Shown here piece after piece: positions 14,929 to 28,037 of a stretch of DNA of 64,000 bases (the stretch's first letter is position 1; every line of letters begins with the position of its first letter). Below the pieces are notes generated by a model. It saw nothing but the letters and a program-made list of their open reading frames with translations, ran no database searches and was not told where the DNA came from. Origin of the DNA: the human T2T-CHM13v2.0 reference genome, Homo sapiens. Where the stretch lies: the NCBI RefSeq assembly GCF_009914755.1, contig NC_060925.1; one strand, written 5' to 3'. The position numbers and the translations under genes are program-made.

Positions 14929-15669
14929 CTCTCCTCAGTCTCAGAGAATCTGAAAGATACACACGAAACAGTGCTCATAAGAGAGACAGTCCTGTTGGTG
15001 GAGCAATTAGCTAGGACATCAAATCTCCAGTATCTAGGGACCAACTTTGATCCCTAATACAGTCTTTATGACTTTGTGAACCTTCTTCACACTTCACTTT
15101 TAGGACCTCTTACCCTCAGTTCTTCCGTCTTTCTGGCTGTTCTCTCATTCTACCATTTTCTGAAAATAAAATTGCCTATGAGACAGCAACAAATGTTGTC
15201 TGAATACAAACACTATCTGAAGAAGAAAAACTCAGATATTAAAAGTCTAGCCAATACCAAACAAATCTGTGATCTTATCTTCCATGAGGCCCTAGTTACC
15301 AGTTTTAATGAGCTGGCTGTGGTGCTGAGCCATGAGTTTTTTAAGAGAATTGCAAAAACTTGCACCCATCACCCAAGGAGATTGCACTCCAAGAGAGATG
15401 TATTTGGAACAGATGTGAAGCAGGAGACAGAACAGCATCTTGTGTCTCTCACTCTCCTTCAGTTTAAGATTTTATATATTTGACTCCAGGTTCCTCATCA
15501 CCTTCATGTTTATCTACCAAATACCAGCTAAAATTTACCTTCAAGACCTCATTATCTTCTTTTTCCTATCCATGAGGATAAATTGGTTAAAATAAACAGG
15601 CATTTCTGTACCCAGGTTAGACCCTAACACCATCCAAGTGCAAGAAAAGCTTCTAATATTTGTACTCAC

Positions 15670-15738
15670 CAGAGTCTTCAAAGATCTACAACTGAATGGC
15701 AAGAAGATAGCATCAGTGTGGTGGAGAGTCCTTTTATA
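15670..15738 (-). promoter_or_regulatory. SPRR2G: SPRR2G TATA box and non-coding exon 1 (about 15670-15710)
   Basis: TATAAAA at 15732-15738 (minus strand), donor CTG|GTGAGT at 15664-15669, intron 14950-15669. Confidence 0.88.
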
Positions 15739-18669
15739 AGGGGCAGGCAGCCCTACACAGGGAACAGCCCAGGACTAGCATGATGTGCTTATTTCCCAAC
15801 CAAAATACCACTTGCATGTAATCCATGCTGGTATCACAAAATTCCTAGTCCATGATCCTCCCCAGCAGGATAAGTGCACAGTGATTCACTTGGGACATTA
15901 TCTCAGGTTCCTCATGCCAGTGGCAATTGTAGAACGTGACAAATTGTCTGACAATTGTGGTGCTTCCCTATAATTAGAGATGGTGCTTCTCCTACTTCCC
16001 AGCTTCCAAAGTATCCTGTATGTAAAACTACTCCCATTCAGTTGCACATGCCCAGTATCTAGCTGTGTTCTCTTTAGTAGAGACCAGTATGTGCTGATCC
16101 TGCAGCCTGGCTATATCCTAACCCTCAACTGCAGTTTTTCTTTACAACTAACTTCCCCTTTTATCATGGCCTATTGATCCTTAGGCTTTTCTTGACAATT
16201 AATTGACTTGAACAGGGTGACAAAATCATATATCAGCTTCCTAGATGCTGACAGCCCCAACCTGGGTGTGTTCTGACATGGTATTAATGGGCTTGAACAA
16301 GGCAACATCATCTCTCAGTTTTCTAGGCCATTAGAGTCATGTTGGGGCCCCTTCTTAAAGCTTCACATTTGCAGATTTACACACTAACCTCATCTCTGTG
16401 GCCCTTGTAACTATGAGTGACTTGTGGTCTACTAGAAATCCAAACTCATCTTCTCCCATTTTCTTCCAAACTGCCTTAATGTATGTGCTGCATCCATTTT
16501 GAAGCTTTTCTCCTACATGCTAATTCAATTTACTCCTTCACAATTTCTCTCTTTTGAAATGACATTTAGTAGGATTTCAGGCTTTCTTTGCACATTCGAG
16601 GAGTGAAGTTCTGTAAAGCTATTTATCCTGCTGTTTACTTCATGGATGTTTTTACCTAAATAAGTAAAGTATAGCTGGCACAGATCCCACGGATAATTTC
16701 TTAGTATAGCTTATTTAACCATATTAACACTTCAGCTAGTATTACTCACTGTCCCAACTTGGAAAAAACTTGAGTACCTTGGTTATGCATACATCTACAG
16801 CCACCACTACTGTGTGGAACTAAATATTTCCTAACCTCCTTGAAACACAGTTTACACAGCTGTAAAACAGAAATAAAAAATACACCTACCACAAAAGTCT
16901 CCTACAAAAACTCAAAGAGTGGCCTAAAATTATGCACATTACATAGTGGGTCTTCTAAGAAATATAAACTCTAAAATGTAGAAGAAATAAGAATAATAAC
17001 TAATCATAACTAACCAATAATTTCAAACATGTCAAAAACAGATAATAAAGAATGGCATTGTTTAGAGTGAGGCCTATCTAGTGAAGATCCTTTCCCTGCA
17101 TCCCCCATTCTTCTAGCTGTAGTCACTACTAATTAGACGGCATGGGTACCATAGCACCTACAGGGTCGGCACCTTGTTTTCCTGAGAAAGCCCCTCTCAG
17201 GGAAGATTTTTGCCTTGTGCTCTTTACCCAGAAGAATGCTGTGTTGTATCTGCAATGTTTCAAACTTGATTGGGTTGGTACAGTAGAGAAACAAAAAAAA
17301 CTGAGGACCTAACATGGGAATTTGAAGAGGTAGGAACGTCTTTGAGTTGAGCCCTACTATTAAATTCTTTCTCAGCATCTCAGAGGAACAATATGAGGCT
17401 AGTTATCCCTCCCTAGTACTCTGAAACTAAACAATTTAGTCATCTAAGTTACTATCAGGAAACTGACACACTTCAGGGATGCCAGAAGGAACAGGGATGC
17501 TCCTGGGATGGGTGAGGCACTTTCACAGCGTTCTTTCTCATGTTGAAATCCTAGGAACCATAGCTGATGCATGCTGAAGAATTAGCTAAGGATTACGTGA
17601 CTTAAAACAGTTCTATCAACACAATTTTAGACCTACTTTTCTTTGCCTCATGAATTACTAATAGATTCCAAAGTTATTTTTACCAATAAATTATTTGGTT
17701 TATCATTTATGCTTGATAAACTGAAGGAGGATTGGGCTTTTAAGAAAAGAATGCTTAATGAGGTTTGCCAGCTTCACAAAGGACAGTTTTTTTATAGAGA
17801 GAGAAAATAGCTAAAGGACAGATGATCCTCATTTTTCACAAATAATGGGCACTTGAAGCACTCTGTGCAAATTAAACCTCTGAAACTCACATAGTATCTA
17901 CATGAGGGTTTGCTGGAGTTTACTTATAAACTAGTAACCGTGGTTATCTCAGGAGAATAGTTAAGTATCTAGGGAATAGGAGTGGGGGAGAGACTAACTT
18001 TTCACTGCATGACCATTTTCTTCTCTTTTGAATTTTGGTATCATGTATATTTTTTGCTTATTCAAAGTGTTTAAATATTTAAATGTTCAAAGATATTTTA
18101 AAATTGAAATAAATAAATCTGTGAGTAAATACTATGTTAGCAAACTGGCACTGTATAAACACAATGATTGAGTTAAGTCCTAATTAGGTGTGTAAATTTG
18201 AGCAATTTTCTTAACATTTCTGCAATTTTCAGTTTCTTCATTGAGAAATGGTAATAATAATACTTCTCTGACGGACATTTTTGTAAGGTGCAAATAAAAT
18301 AAATAGTAAGCCTAGTAAAACAACCGTGTAAAGCTGGGAATTATGAGGCTGAATTACCTGGTCCCAAAGTTCCTGATTTGCCTAAAGATTTTGAAAAGAA
18401 GGACAAAGCTATTTTATGGGAGTCCCAGAAATGAAGAAACGAAGGAAGGTAGAGAGGGTAGAAGACAGGCGAGTGGAAAGAAGAGGAAAGGGGAAAGAGA
18501 GAGAGGATGACATTTCCCAAGGGCCATTTGATTTTACTTGATTTAACATTTATAGCCTAGTTCTTTAAGCTCCCAATAAAATTATTTCTATTTTAATAAA
18601 TAAAGATATGCTGCTACTACATAATATGCCTTTAAGTTTTTGAAAATATAGAATTTAAAAATAATAGAA

Positions 18670-19598
18670 TTAGAAATGAACAGAGATGGCAAGAGTGAGT
18701 GTCCTTGCTTTGCTCCTGATCTTAGAGGAAAAGCTTTTAATTTTTCACCCTCGAATATATTAGCTGTGGGTTACTCACATATGGCCTTTATTATGTTGAG
18801 ATACATTTCTTCTATACCTAATTCGTTGAGTGTTTTAATCATGAAAAGATGTTGTATTTTGTGGAAAGCTTTATCTGCCTCTATTTAGATTATCATACAA
18901 TTTGTATCCTTTATTCTGTTTATGTAGTGTATCACATTTATTGATTTGCCTACACTGAACCATCTTTTTTTTTTTTTAGAAAAGAAAGAAATTTATTGAA
19001 CCATCCATCCTTGCATCTCAGGGATAAATCCCACTTGATCATGTTGCATTATTCTTTTAATGGACTACTAGGTATGCTAGTATTTTGTTGAATCTTTTTG
19101 CTTCTATATTCATCAGGGATGTTGGCCTGTAATTTTTTTATAATGTTCTTATCTGGCTTTGGTATCAGGGTAATGCCATCCTCATACAATGAATTTGGAA
19201 GTGGTCTCTCCTCAATTTTTGGAAAAGTTTAATAATAATTTATTAATACATTAGTTATTTAAATGTTTGGTAGAGTTTACTACTGTAGCCATGTGGTCCT
19301 GGATTTTTCTTTGATCACAGTATTTATATTGCTGATTTAATCTCCTTACTCGTTATTGGTCTGTCCAGATTTTCTATTTCTTCATGATTCAGTCTCAGTA
19401 GGTTGCATGTTTCTAGTAATTTATCAATTTCTTCTAGGTTATCCAATTTATTGCTATATAGTTGTTCATAAGCAGTCTCTTAGGATCTTTTTTATATCCA
19501 TGGCATCAGTTTTCATATCTCCTCTTTCATATTTGATTTTATTAATTTGAATCTTCTCTCCTTTTTTCTTTATTAGTCTAGCTAGAGGTTTGTCAAAT
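18670..19598 (-). mobile_element. L1M ORF2 fragment
   Basis: Antisense ORF2 motifs: CTTAGAGGAAAAGCTTT, GGGATAAATCCCACTTGATCATG, TTTGGTATCAGGGTAATG. Confidence 0.85.
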
Positions 19599-19599
19599 G

Positions 19600-20910
19600 A
19601 GTCATCTACAACTGCTGTCTCTTCTGTCCCACATCTCACTAACCCCTCAACCCATGGCAGTCTGGATTTAGCCCACCATCTACTGAAATTATTCCAAGCT
19701 TTCTGTCAGATAAACTGAGTCATTCTCCGTTTTTATCTTCCTAGACTTCTCTGCTACATGTCACAGTGCCAATCATTCCATCTTTCTCTAGAGTCTCTAC
19801 TTACTGGTTTTCATAATATCCACTTAATATTCTCCTACTCCTGTGCTTAATCTTTCTCCTCCTTGATCTGAACCTCTTCTTCTAAATGCCAAATGGAGTC
19901 CTCTGGTGCTCATTCCATGGATCTTACCATCCTATGCATTCTCTAGTTACAATATCAATGATTCCTATGGTTTCAGTCATCACAAATCTACTAACTCACT
20001 CATCTACATTTGCACTCCAGAACTCACTTCAAACTTAAATATCCCCTTGCCCTCTAGATATCTCTGTCCAAATATCCTCAAGTACCAACAAGCTGATCAT
20101 CTTTCCCACAAACCACTTGAACCTCCAGTATTCTCTATCCTGTACACCAATAATCACCCAGCTACTTGAGTTACCTTGACATTTTCGCCTCTACTACATG
20201 CTACTTATCTAAACTCCTCATCCTGACAGTTCAACAGCATAAGTATCTCTGGAATCCATCTCTCTCCTTCTATGCTGACTGCCATGCCCTAGTTCAGAGC
20301 CTCCTCATCTCTTGCTCGATTATTACCATAGCTTCCTAATATAGCTGTCTTCCTCTATCTTGTTTGATTTAAATCCATCTTTCCATTGCCATAAGAGTGA
20401 TACATTAAAAAGTAAAATCTGACTACATCACTTGCATGCTTAAAATACTTTAAGTTCTAGGTCCATTACATAGCCCTTCCTTCGCCTCTAGCCTCATTCC
20501 TTATTACTCCACTTTTTGAACTGTGTGCTGTCATGTATCAAACTCTGTAATTTTGCTGACATACCAGTTTTTTCTATCCTCAGTGAATTTATTTACTAAC
20601 CTGTAATATGTCATATTATTATTGTTTTACCGGGTTAATGTCTACACAATTCTCTAAAAGCCATCACTTCAATGAAAAGCCTTCCTGGATCCCTCCTATT
20701 AGGGCAGGTGCCCCTACCTAAGAGTCCCATAAAACACTCTGAGCTTTGCATTAAGTGTTAAGTGCAACCCATCTGCATTAAGTGGATTCCCCACCCATAT
20801 CCTTTTCCCTTGAGCTTGCGAGCACTTTGAGTAGTCAGACTGCAACTTCACCTACACTCAGGACATGATCCAATACCTGAAACAGAGTACGTGCTAGATA
20901 AATAGTTGTT
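19600..20910 (+). mobile_element. L2 fragment(s)
   Basis: CT-rich L2 body ending ...CCTGAAACAGAGTACGTGCTAGATAAATAGTTGTT. Confidence 0.6.
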
Positions 20911-21057
20911 AAAAAAATAATGATTTTAGTTTCTAAATTGTGTTGCCTTACATGAGTGTCACAACAATCTTGTGAGTTCTGAGGGAAAGAATATGCTATT
21001 ACCTCTGTGACTAGAAAAAAATAACATTTAATATTCTACTGAATTACTCTGTGATTT

Positions 21058-21184
21058 CATGATTTTCCAGACATCTCATCTTTCCACTACATTAGCCCTG
21101 CCAAAATCCACACACCTACCTATAGCAATTGGAATTACAGATAATAGAGCCTTGACTATTTAGATTTGGGGCTCCTATATTTGG
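21058..21184 (+). repeat. Copy 1 of a 127-bp local direct duplication (copy 2 at 27911-28037)
   Basis: Manual alignment gives about 113/127 identity. Confidence 0.9.
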
Positions 21185-21798
21185 ATACTCCATGACAATT
21201 TGTTCCAATGCATGTGATTGCTGAATAACTTTGTAAACACCATGTATCTTGCCAATGGATTACAAAAGGAATTGTCTAAAGAATTTTAAGACGCTGACAT
21301 TGCAGAGTTTCTTTAGTTCATGTCTCCTGTGACAGAGGTAGTAGAATATTAAATATTATTTTTATAACATTTGGTAAGAGCAGTACATTTAAATACGCGC
21401 TGTTTTCCCTATCCTCCCTCACCCTCACCATTCACTGCCCACTGCTGATTGGTAGAGAAGTTTGTTTTGTTGTGTTGAACCAGATAATGGATAAAGAAGA
21501 GGACTAAAATAATACCAGAAAGCCTAGACAGAGTCATACTAAAAAGGACAGAAAAGGCAAAAGAGAAGGTAAAGGCAGCTACCATGCAAAAATTAGTACA
21601 AATTTGGGGAGAGAGGTAAAGAGGATTTTAAGTTATTTTGTGGCAATATAATTCCAGTTTGCCATTTGTTAAGTAAACGTCAGTATTTAAATTGATTTCC
21701 AATTGTGTTTCCTTTTTAGAACTCAGACTAATATTTCTTCTGAATGTCACCCTGTGCATAAGGTCAGAACAAGATTGTTCGGCTTTATTCAAAATATA

Positions 21799-21978
21799 CA
21801 GAGCTCCTCAATTTACAGGGTAAACCACATGGTAAATTGAGGAGCTGGGGCTTACTGCCACTGCCCAGCATCACCCAAGAATATCACACCACTTTCTACT
21901 GAATGCATAGTACTTTGGCACCATCATAAAATCAAAAATATTGTAAGGAAAACTAGCATAAGTTGGGGATTATCTGTA
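21799..21978. mobile_element. Tigger-derived MITE (MER47-like), internally deleted
   Basis: TA-flanked CAGAGCTCCTC...; right part TTTCTACTGAATGCATAGTACTTTGGCACCATCATAAAATC...AAGTTGGGGATTATCTG matches the recalled MER47 end. Confidence 0.65.
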
Positions 21979-22562
21979 TTTTGTGAATTATTGCTCAGCT
22001 TTTAGAACTTAAGGTATAAGTTTCATATATATCTTTTTTGGATTACATGTAGAATAATCATTAATTTTGTTAAGTGTGATGATCATCTTGTGGCTATTTT
22101 AAGATATCTGTTAAAAACACATACTGACAAATTTATAGGTGAAAGGATATGATATTTGGAACTGTAAAATAGTTCAGTGATAAAAAGAACAAACAAAGTG
22201 TGGGAGAGTAGATGAAGTCAAGAATAACAAATTGTTGATAATTTTTGAAGCTAGGTGATGGGTCCAAGGGAGATTATAATACTCTTTTTTATTGCTTTTA
22301 TTGAGGTATAATTGATATATAAAAACTCATGCACATTTAATATACACATCTGGATGAATCTAGACATATGCATATACCCATGATATCATCACCACAATCA
22401 AGACACTAAGCATATCCATCACCTCTAAAAATTTCCCTGTGGGTTTTTTTTTGTTGTGTTATTATGGGTTGGTTTGTTTTGGTTTGGTTTGGTTTGGGTT
22501 GGGTTTGGGTAAGAATGCTTAATGTGAAATCTATCCTCTTATATTTTAAAGTGCACAGTACC

Positions 22563-24781
22563 ATTAGTCCGTTCTCACACTGCTTACAAGGATACTACCT
22601 GGGACTGGGTAATTAATAAAGAAAACAGGTTTAACTGACTCACAGTTCCCCATGGCTGGAGGGGGGCCACACTTACAATCATGGAAGAGGGTGAAGAGGA
22701 AGCAAAGCATGTCTTACATGGTGGCAGGAGACAGAGAGGGGGGTGGGAGGGGGGCTGCCAAGCACTTTTAAACAATCAGATCTCATGAGACGGCCCCATG
22801 ATTCAATTACCTCCCAACAGGTCCCTCCCTCAACATGTGGGATTGTAATTCGAGATGAGATTTGGGTGGGTACACAGAGATAAGCCATATTATTCTGCTC
22901 CTGGACCCTCCCAAATCTCATGTCCTTTTCACATTTCAAAAACAGTCACACCTTCCCAACAGTCCCCCAAAGTCTTAACTCATTTCAGCATTAACTCAAA
23001 AGTCCAAGTCCAAAGTCTCATCTGAGACAAGGCAAATTTCTTCCACCTATGAGCCCGTAAAATCAAAAACAAGTTAGTTGCTTCCAAGATACAATGAGGG
23101 TACAGGCATTTGGTAAATGTTCCCATTCCAAATGGGAGAAATTGGCCAAAACAAAGGAGCCACAGGTCCCATGCAAGTCTGAAACCTAGCTGGACAGTCA
23201 TTAAATCTTAAAGCTTCAAAATCCCCTTTTGACTCCATGTCTCACATCCAAGGCATGCTGATGCAAGGGGTAAGTTTCCATGGTCTTTGGCAGCTCTGCC
23301 CCTGTGGCTCTGCACAGTACAGCCCCTGCAGCTGCTTTCTTGAGCTGGCATTGAGTGCCTGCAGCTTTTCTAGGTGCACGGTGCAAGCTGTCAGTGGATC
23401 TACCTTTCTGAAGTCTGAAGGACAGTGGCCCTCTTCTTACAGCTCCACTAGGCAGTGCCCCAGTTGGGACACTGTGTGGGGGCTCCAACCCCACTTTTCC
23501 ATTCTGCATTGCCCTAGAAGAGGTTCTCCATGAGGGCTCCATCCCTGCAGCAGACTTCTGCCTGGACACTCAGGCATTTCCATACATCCTCTGACATCTA
23601 GGCAGAGGTTCCCAAAGCTTGACTCTTGTCTTCTGCATGCCCGCAGACCCAACACCATATGGAAGCTGCCAAGGTTTCAGACTTGCACCCTTTGCAGGAA
23701 GCCATGGCCAGGGCTGTACTTTGGCCTGTTTTGGCCATGGCTCAATCTGGATGGCTGGGATGCAGGGTACCAAGTCCCAAGGCTGCACTGAGCAGTGGGG
23801 CCCTGGGCCTGGCCCACTAAACAATTTTTTCCCTTCTAGGCCTCTGTGCCTATGATGGGAGGGGCTGCCACGAAGATCTCTGAAATACTCTGGAGACATT
23901 TACCCATTGTCTTGGTGATTAACATTCCTTTCCTGCTTACTTATGCAAAACCTAAGTTTGAATTTCAAATCATATCTTTGTGAATGTATGTGACGGTATG
24001 CTTTCAGAAACAACCAGGTCACCTCTTGAATTCTTTGCTGCTCAGAAATCTCTTCTGCCAAATACCCTAAATCATCTCTTTCAAGTTCAGAGCACCACAC
24101 ATCTCCAGGGCAGAGGCAAAATGTCACCAGTCTTTTTGCTAAAGCATAGCAGCAGTGACCTTTACTCCAGTTCCCAATAAATTCCTCACCTCCATCTGAG
24201 AACAACTCAGCCTGGACTTCATTGTCCATATCTCTATCAGCATTTTGGTTAAAACCGTTCAGCAAGTATCTAGGAAGTTCCAAATTTTCCCACATCTTCC
24301 TGTCTTCTTCTGAGCCCTCCAAACTGTTACAATATCTGCCCATTACCCACTTCTAAAGTCACTTTCACATTTTTAGTTATCTTTATAGCAGTACCCATTC
24401 TGCTGGTACCAATTCTCTGTATTAGTTTGTTCTCACACTGCTATAAAGATACTACCCGAAACTGGGTAAAAAGAAAGCAGGTTTAATTGACTCACAGTTT
24501 TGCATGGCTAGGGAGGCCTCAGGAAACTTACAATCATGGCAGAAGGCAAAGGGGAAGCAAGGCGTGTCTTACATAGTGGCAGGAGAGACAGAGAGGTTGA
24601 GGGGAACTGCCAAACACTTTTAAGCCATTAGATCTCATAAGAACTCGCACACTATCACAAGAACAGCTTGGGGGAAATTGCCTCCGTGATCCAATCACCT
24701 CCCAGCAGGTCCCTCCCTTGAAATGTGGCAATTACAGTTTGAAATGAGATTTGGGTGGGTACACAGAGCCAAACCATATCA
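22563..24781 (-). mobile_element. Complete THE1 (THE1D-like) MaLR provirus: LTR about 22563-22892, internal region, LTR about 24418-24781
   Basis: Two similar LTRs (ATTAGT..GTTCTCACACTGCT...GAGATTTGGGTGGGTACACAGAG..CCATAT) around a 1.5-kb THE1-internal sequence. Confidence 0.88.
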
Positions 24782-25392
24782 ACCAGATTGTTAACCATAG
24801 GTATTATATTGCACAGCAGGTCTCTAGAATTTATCTTATATAACTGAAACTTTATACCCACTGAAAAACAAATTTTCTATTTCCTTCTACCCCAGACCCT
24901 GGCAACCACCATTCTTTTCTCTGCTTCCATAGGTCTGGATATTTTAGAAACTTCACATAATAGAATCATGCAGTATTTTTCCTTCTACATGACTGGCTTA
25001 TTTCACTTAGCATATCATCAAGGATCAAACATGTTTTTGCAAATGACAGGGTTTCCTTCTTTTCTAAGGTTCAATAATATTACATTGTATATATGCGCCA
25101 CAATTTTTCAATTCATTCATCTGCTCATAGACATTTAGATTGTTTCCATATCTTGGGTATTGTGAATAATGCTGCAATGAACATGAGAATGCAGCTATCT
25201 CTTAGAGATCTTGATTTCCATTATTTTAGATATATCCCCATAAAAGGAATTACTGAATTATTTTTAATTTTTTGAGGAAACTGCATACTGTTTTCCATAG
25301 TAGCTGCACCATTCTTCATTCACGCCAACAGTGCGTAAGTGCTCCAATTTCTCCACATCCTCATCAACACTTGTTATCCTTTGTTTTTTGGG

Positions 25393-26032
25393 AAGTCAGG
25401 AAACAACAGGTGCTGGAGAGGAACACTTTTACACTGTTGGTGGGACCATAAACTAGTTCAACCATTGTGGAAGTCAGTGTGGTGATTCCTCAGGGATCTA
25501 GAACTAGAAATACCATTTCACCCAGCCATCCCATTACTGAGTATATACCCAAAGGATTATAAAACATGCTGCTATAAAGACATATGCACATGTATGTTTA
25601 TTGCAGCACTATTCACAATAGCAAAGGCTTGGAACCAACCCAAATGTCCAATAATGATAGACTGGATTAAGAAAATGTAGCACATATACACCATGGAATA
25701 CTATGCAGCCATAAAAAATGATGAGTCCATGTCCTTTGTAGGGACATGGATGAAGCTGGAAACCATCATTCTCAGCAAACTATCACAAGGACAAAAAACC
25801 AAACACCACATGTTCTCACTCATAGGTGGGAATTGAACAATGAGAACACATGGACACAGGAAGTGGAACATCACACACCCGGGCCTGTTGTGGGGTGGGG
25901 GGAGGGATAGCATTAGGAGATATACCTAATGTTAAATGAAGAGTTAATGGGTGCCGCACACCAACATGGCACATGTATACATATGTAACAAAACTGCACG
26001 TTGTGCACATGTACCCTAAAACTTAAAGTATA
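25393..26032 (+). mobile_element. L1PA 3' fragment, no poly(A), no evident TSD
   Basis: AAGTCAGGAAACAACAGGTGCTGGAGAG...GTACCCTAAAACTTAAAGTATA, the primate L1 3' end. Confidence 0.88.
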
Positions 26033-26520
26033 TGGTTTGCAAATATTTTCTCTCATTCTGTATGATGACTTTTCACTCTGTTGATTCTTTCATTTGCTGT
26101 CAAGAGGTTTTTAATTTGATGCAGCCCCACTTGTCTACTTTTTTATTTCATTGTCTGTGATTTTCATGTAAGTTTCATCTATAACTTGCATTAAATCATT
26201 ACCCTAGGACTCACCTAAGAGACCCAGGCTGCCATTAGCTGGTCTGTTGGAACTCTGGAGCAAAGAAATGAGAATGACCATATATAAACTGTGAATAATC
26301 TTAGAAATCAGATGGACAGAAATTACAAAGACTACTCTAGAATTAGAAATATAACCTCAGGTAATAGGCAGACTTTGAGAATCTTCACATCAAAAAGAAA
26401 ATAGGTTTCAAATAATGGTAATTGACCTTTCTAAATTGACAATGTCTAAAATCTCCTTCATAAAATTAGAAGACAGAAAACTGCATTTCAACAGTCTCCA
26501 TGATACCAATAGGGGGTTTT

Positions 26521-26916
26521 TGGTGGTGGTGGTCGTTGTTGTTGTTGTTGTTTAACTTTTATTTTAAGTTCAAGGGTACATGTGCAGGTTTGTTATATAG
26601 GTAAACTCGTGTCATGGGGGTTTGTTGTACAGATTATTTCATCACCCAGATATTAAGCCTAGTACCCATTAGTTATTTTTCCTGATCCTCTCTCTCCTCC
26701 CCACCTCCTCCCTCGGATAGGCCCCAGTGTGTGTTGTTCCCCTCTATGTGTCCATGTGTCCTCATCATTTAGCTGTCACTTATAAGTGAGAACACGTGGT
26801 ATTTGGTTTTCTGTTCCTGCATTACTCTGCTAAAGATAATGGCCCATAGCTCCATCCATGTTCCGGCAAAGCACATGACCTCATTCTGTTTTATGGCTGC
26901 ATAATATTCCATGGTG
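26521..26916 (-). mobile_element. Older L1PA/L1PB 3' end with (GTT)n tail
   Basis: TTTAACTTTTATTTTAAGTTCAAGGGTACATGTGCAGG...; partial TSD ATACCAAT at about 26503 and 26918. Confidence 0.85.
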
Positions 26917-27910
26917 AATACCAATTGTTTTCAGGAATGCACGTCCTCTGTTGAATGGAGCAGGGAGCTACCCAGAGTAACCCAAACACTCTGCCCTTCT
27001 GCTGTGCCTGAGCCAGGACATCCTGGAGGCTCCATTACTGCTATGGGTCCCACCATTAAACAGCAAGTTAGTGTGTCAGGGCTGGGGAAACAGACAGAAT
27101 CACAGTTAAATTAGCCCACTGAAATGGTGCAGGCCCAAGACCCTGGCCTTAGAATTGCTTGGTGACCAGAGAGAGAAAGTGAGGGGCTGCAGGGTCCTAA
27201 AGCAGGACACATCATGGACTGGGAACCTCAAACTCCATGGCCTGACCACCTCAGACTTCCAGCTCATATCAGATGTTATGTCTTCCAGGAATCCTCTCCC
27301 AACTACATCTTTATCATTGCACTTGCCAATATATTTTAATTTTCTATGTGTCTTTATATTTTATACAAGATAGTATGAGCCCCTTAGGGCAGAGATAGTG
27401 CCTTACTCAATCTTGGGTCCCCAGTGCCTATGACAGGGCATGGTACATAATTTGGGTCAAAGAAATATTATCAAACAAGTAAATAAACATCAGTTCTAAT
27501 GCCTAAAATGACAATAAAGAATCTTCTCTCATGATTAGCAGGTCCAGTGATAATAATGGTAGAAACAAAACTGGCTTTTAACCGTCCATTCAATCAATAG
27601 TTTTACTACATAGCAGACACCATTAAAAATGCACAAGATAAAGATTTGAGCTGTTCATGACCCTAATCTTGAAGAATATACAGTGTATTGTGACAGACAA
27701 GACTTGCTTCCAGATGATCACAACATGGAAAAAGTGGCACTCGAAAAGAAGCATTATTTTTAGAACTGTGCATGGATTGTGTGTGATTTTGTGTGCACAT
27801 GTGATTGATAAAAATGGAGCTGAGGGATCAGCAGACAAATTATCTCATGGGTGAGGTTAAAAATATGGTTGTCTACACATTCCAAAAAGAAGGCCATCTT
27901 GCCAAAGGCA

Positions 27911-28037
27911 CATGAATTTCTAAACATCTCATCTTTCCACTATATTAGCCCTGCCAAACATCACACGCCTACCTATAGCAATTGGAATTATGGGTGATAG
28001 AGACTTGACTATTTATATTTGGGGCTCCTATATTTGG
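27911..28037 (+). repeat. Copy 2 of the 127-bp local direct duplication
   Basis: Aligns to 21058-21184. Confidence 0.9.

Larger units (their letters stand above)
22295..26170 (-). mobile_element. L1MA-like 3' portion, host to the THE1 provirus and an L1PA fragment
   Basis: 3' end TTTATTGAGGTATAATTGA...; sequence continues across the THE1 (…AAGTGCACAGTA / …ATTGTTAACCATAGG) and resumes at about 26030 (ATGGTTTGCAAATATTTTCTC). Confidence 0.75.

Noticed and set aside
14428-15057. Long ORFs overlapping SPRR2G (14580-15044 minus; 14682-15014 and 14701-15057 plus) and SPRR2C (5117-5386, 5283-5549)
   Set aside because: Alternative-frame or antisense shadows of stop-poor Pro/Cys/Gln codons; no independent gene signals.
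22980-24343. Cluster of 100-147 aa ORFs
   Set aside because: Decayed THE1/MaLR internal sequence.
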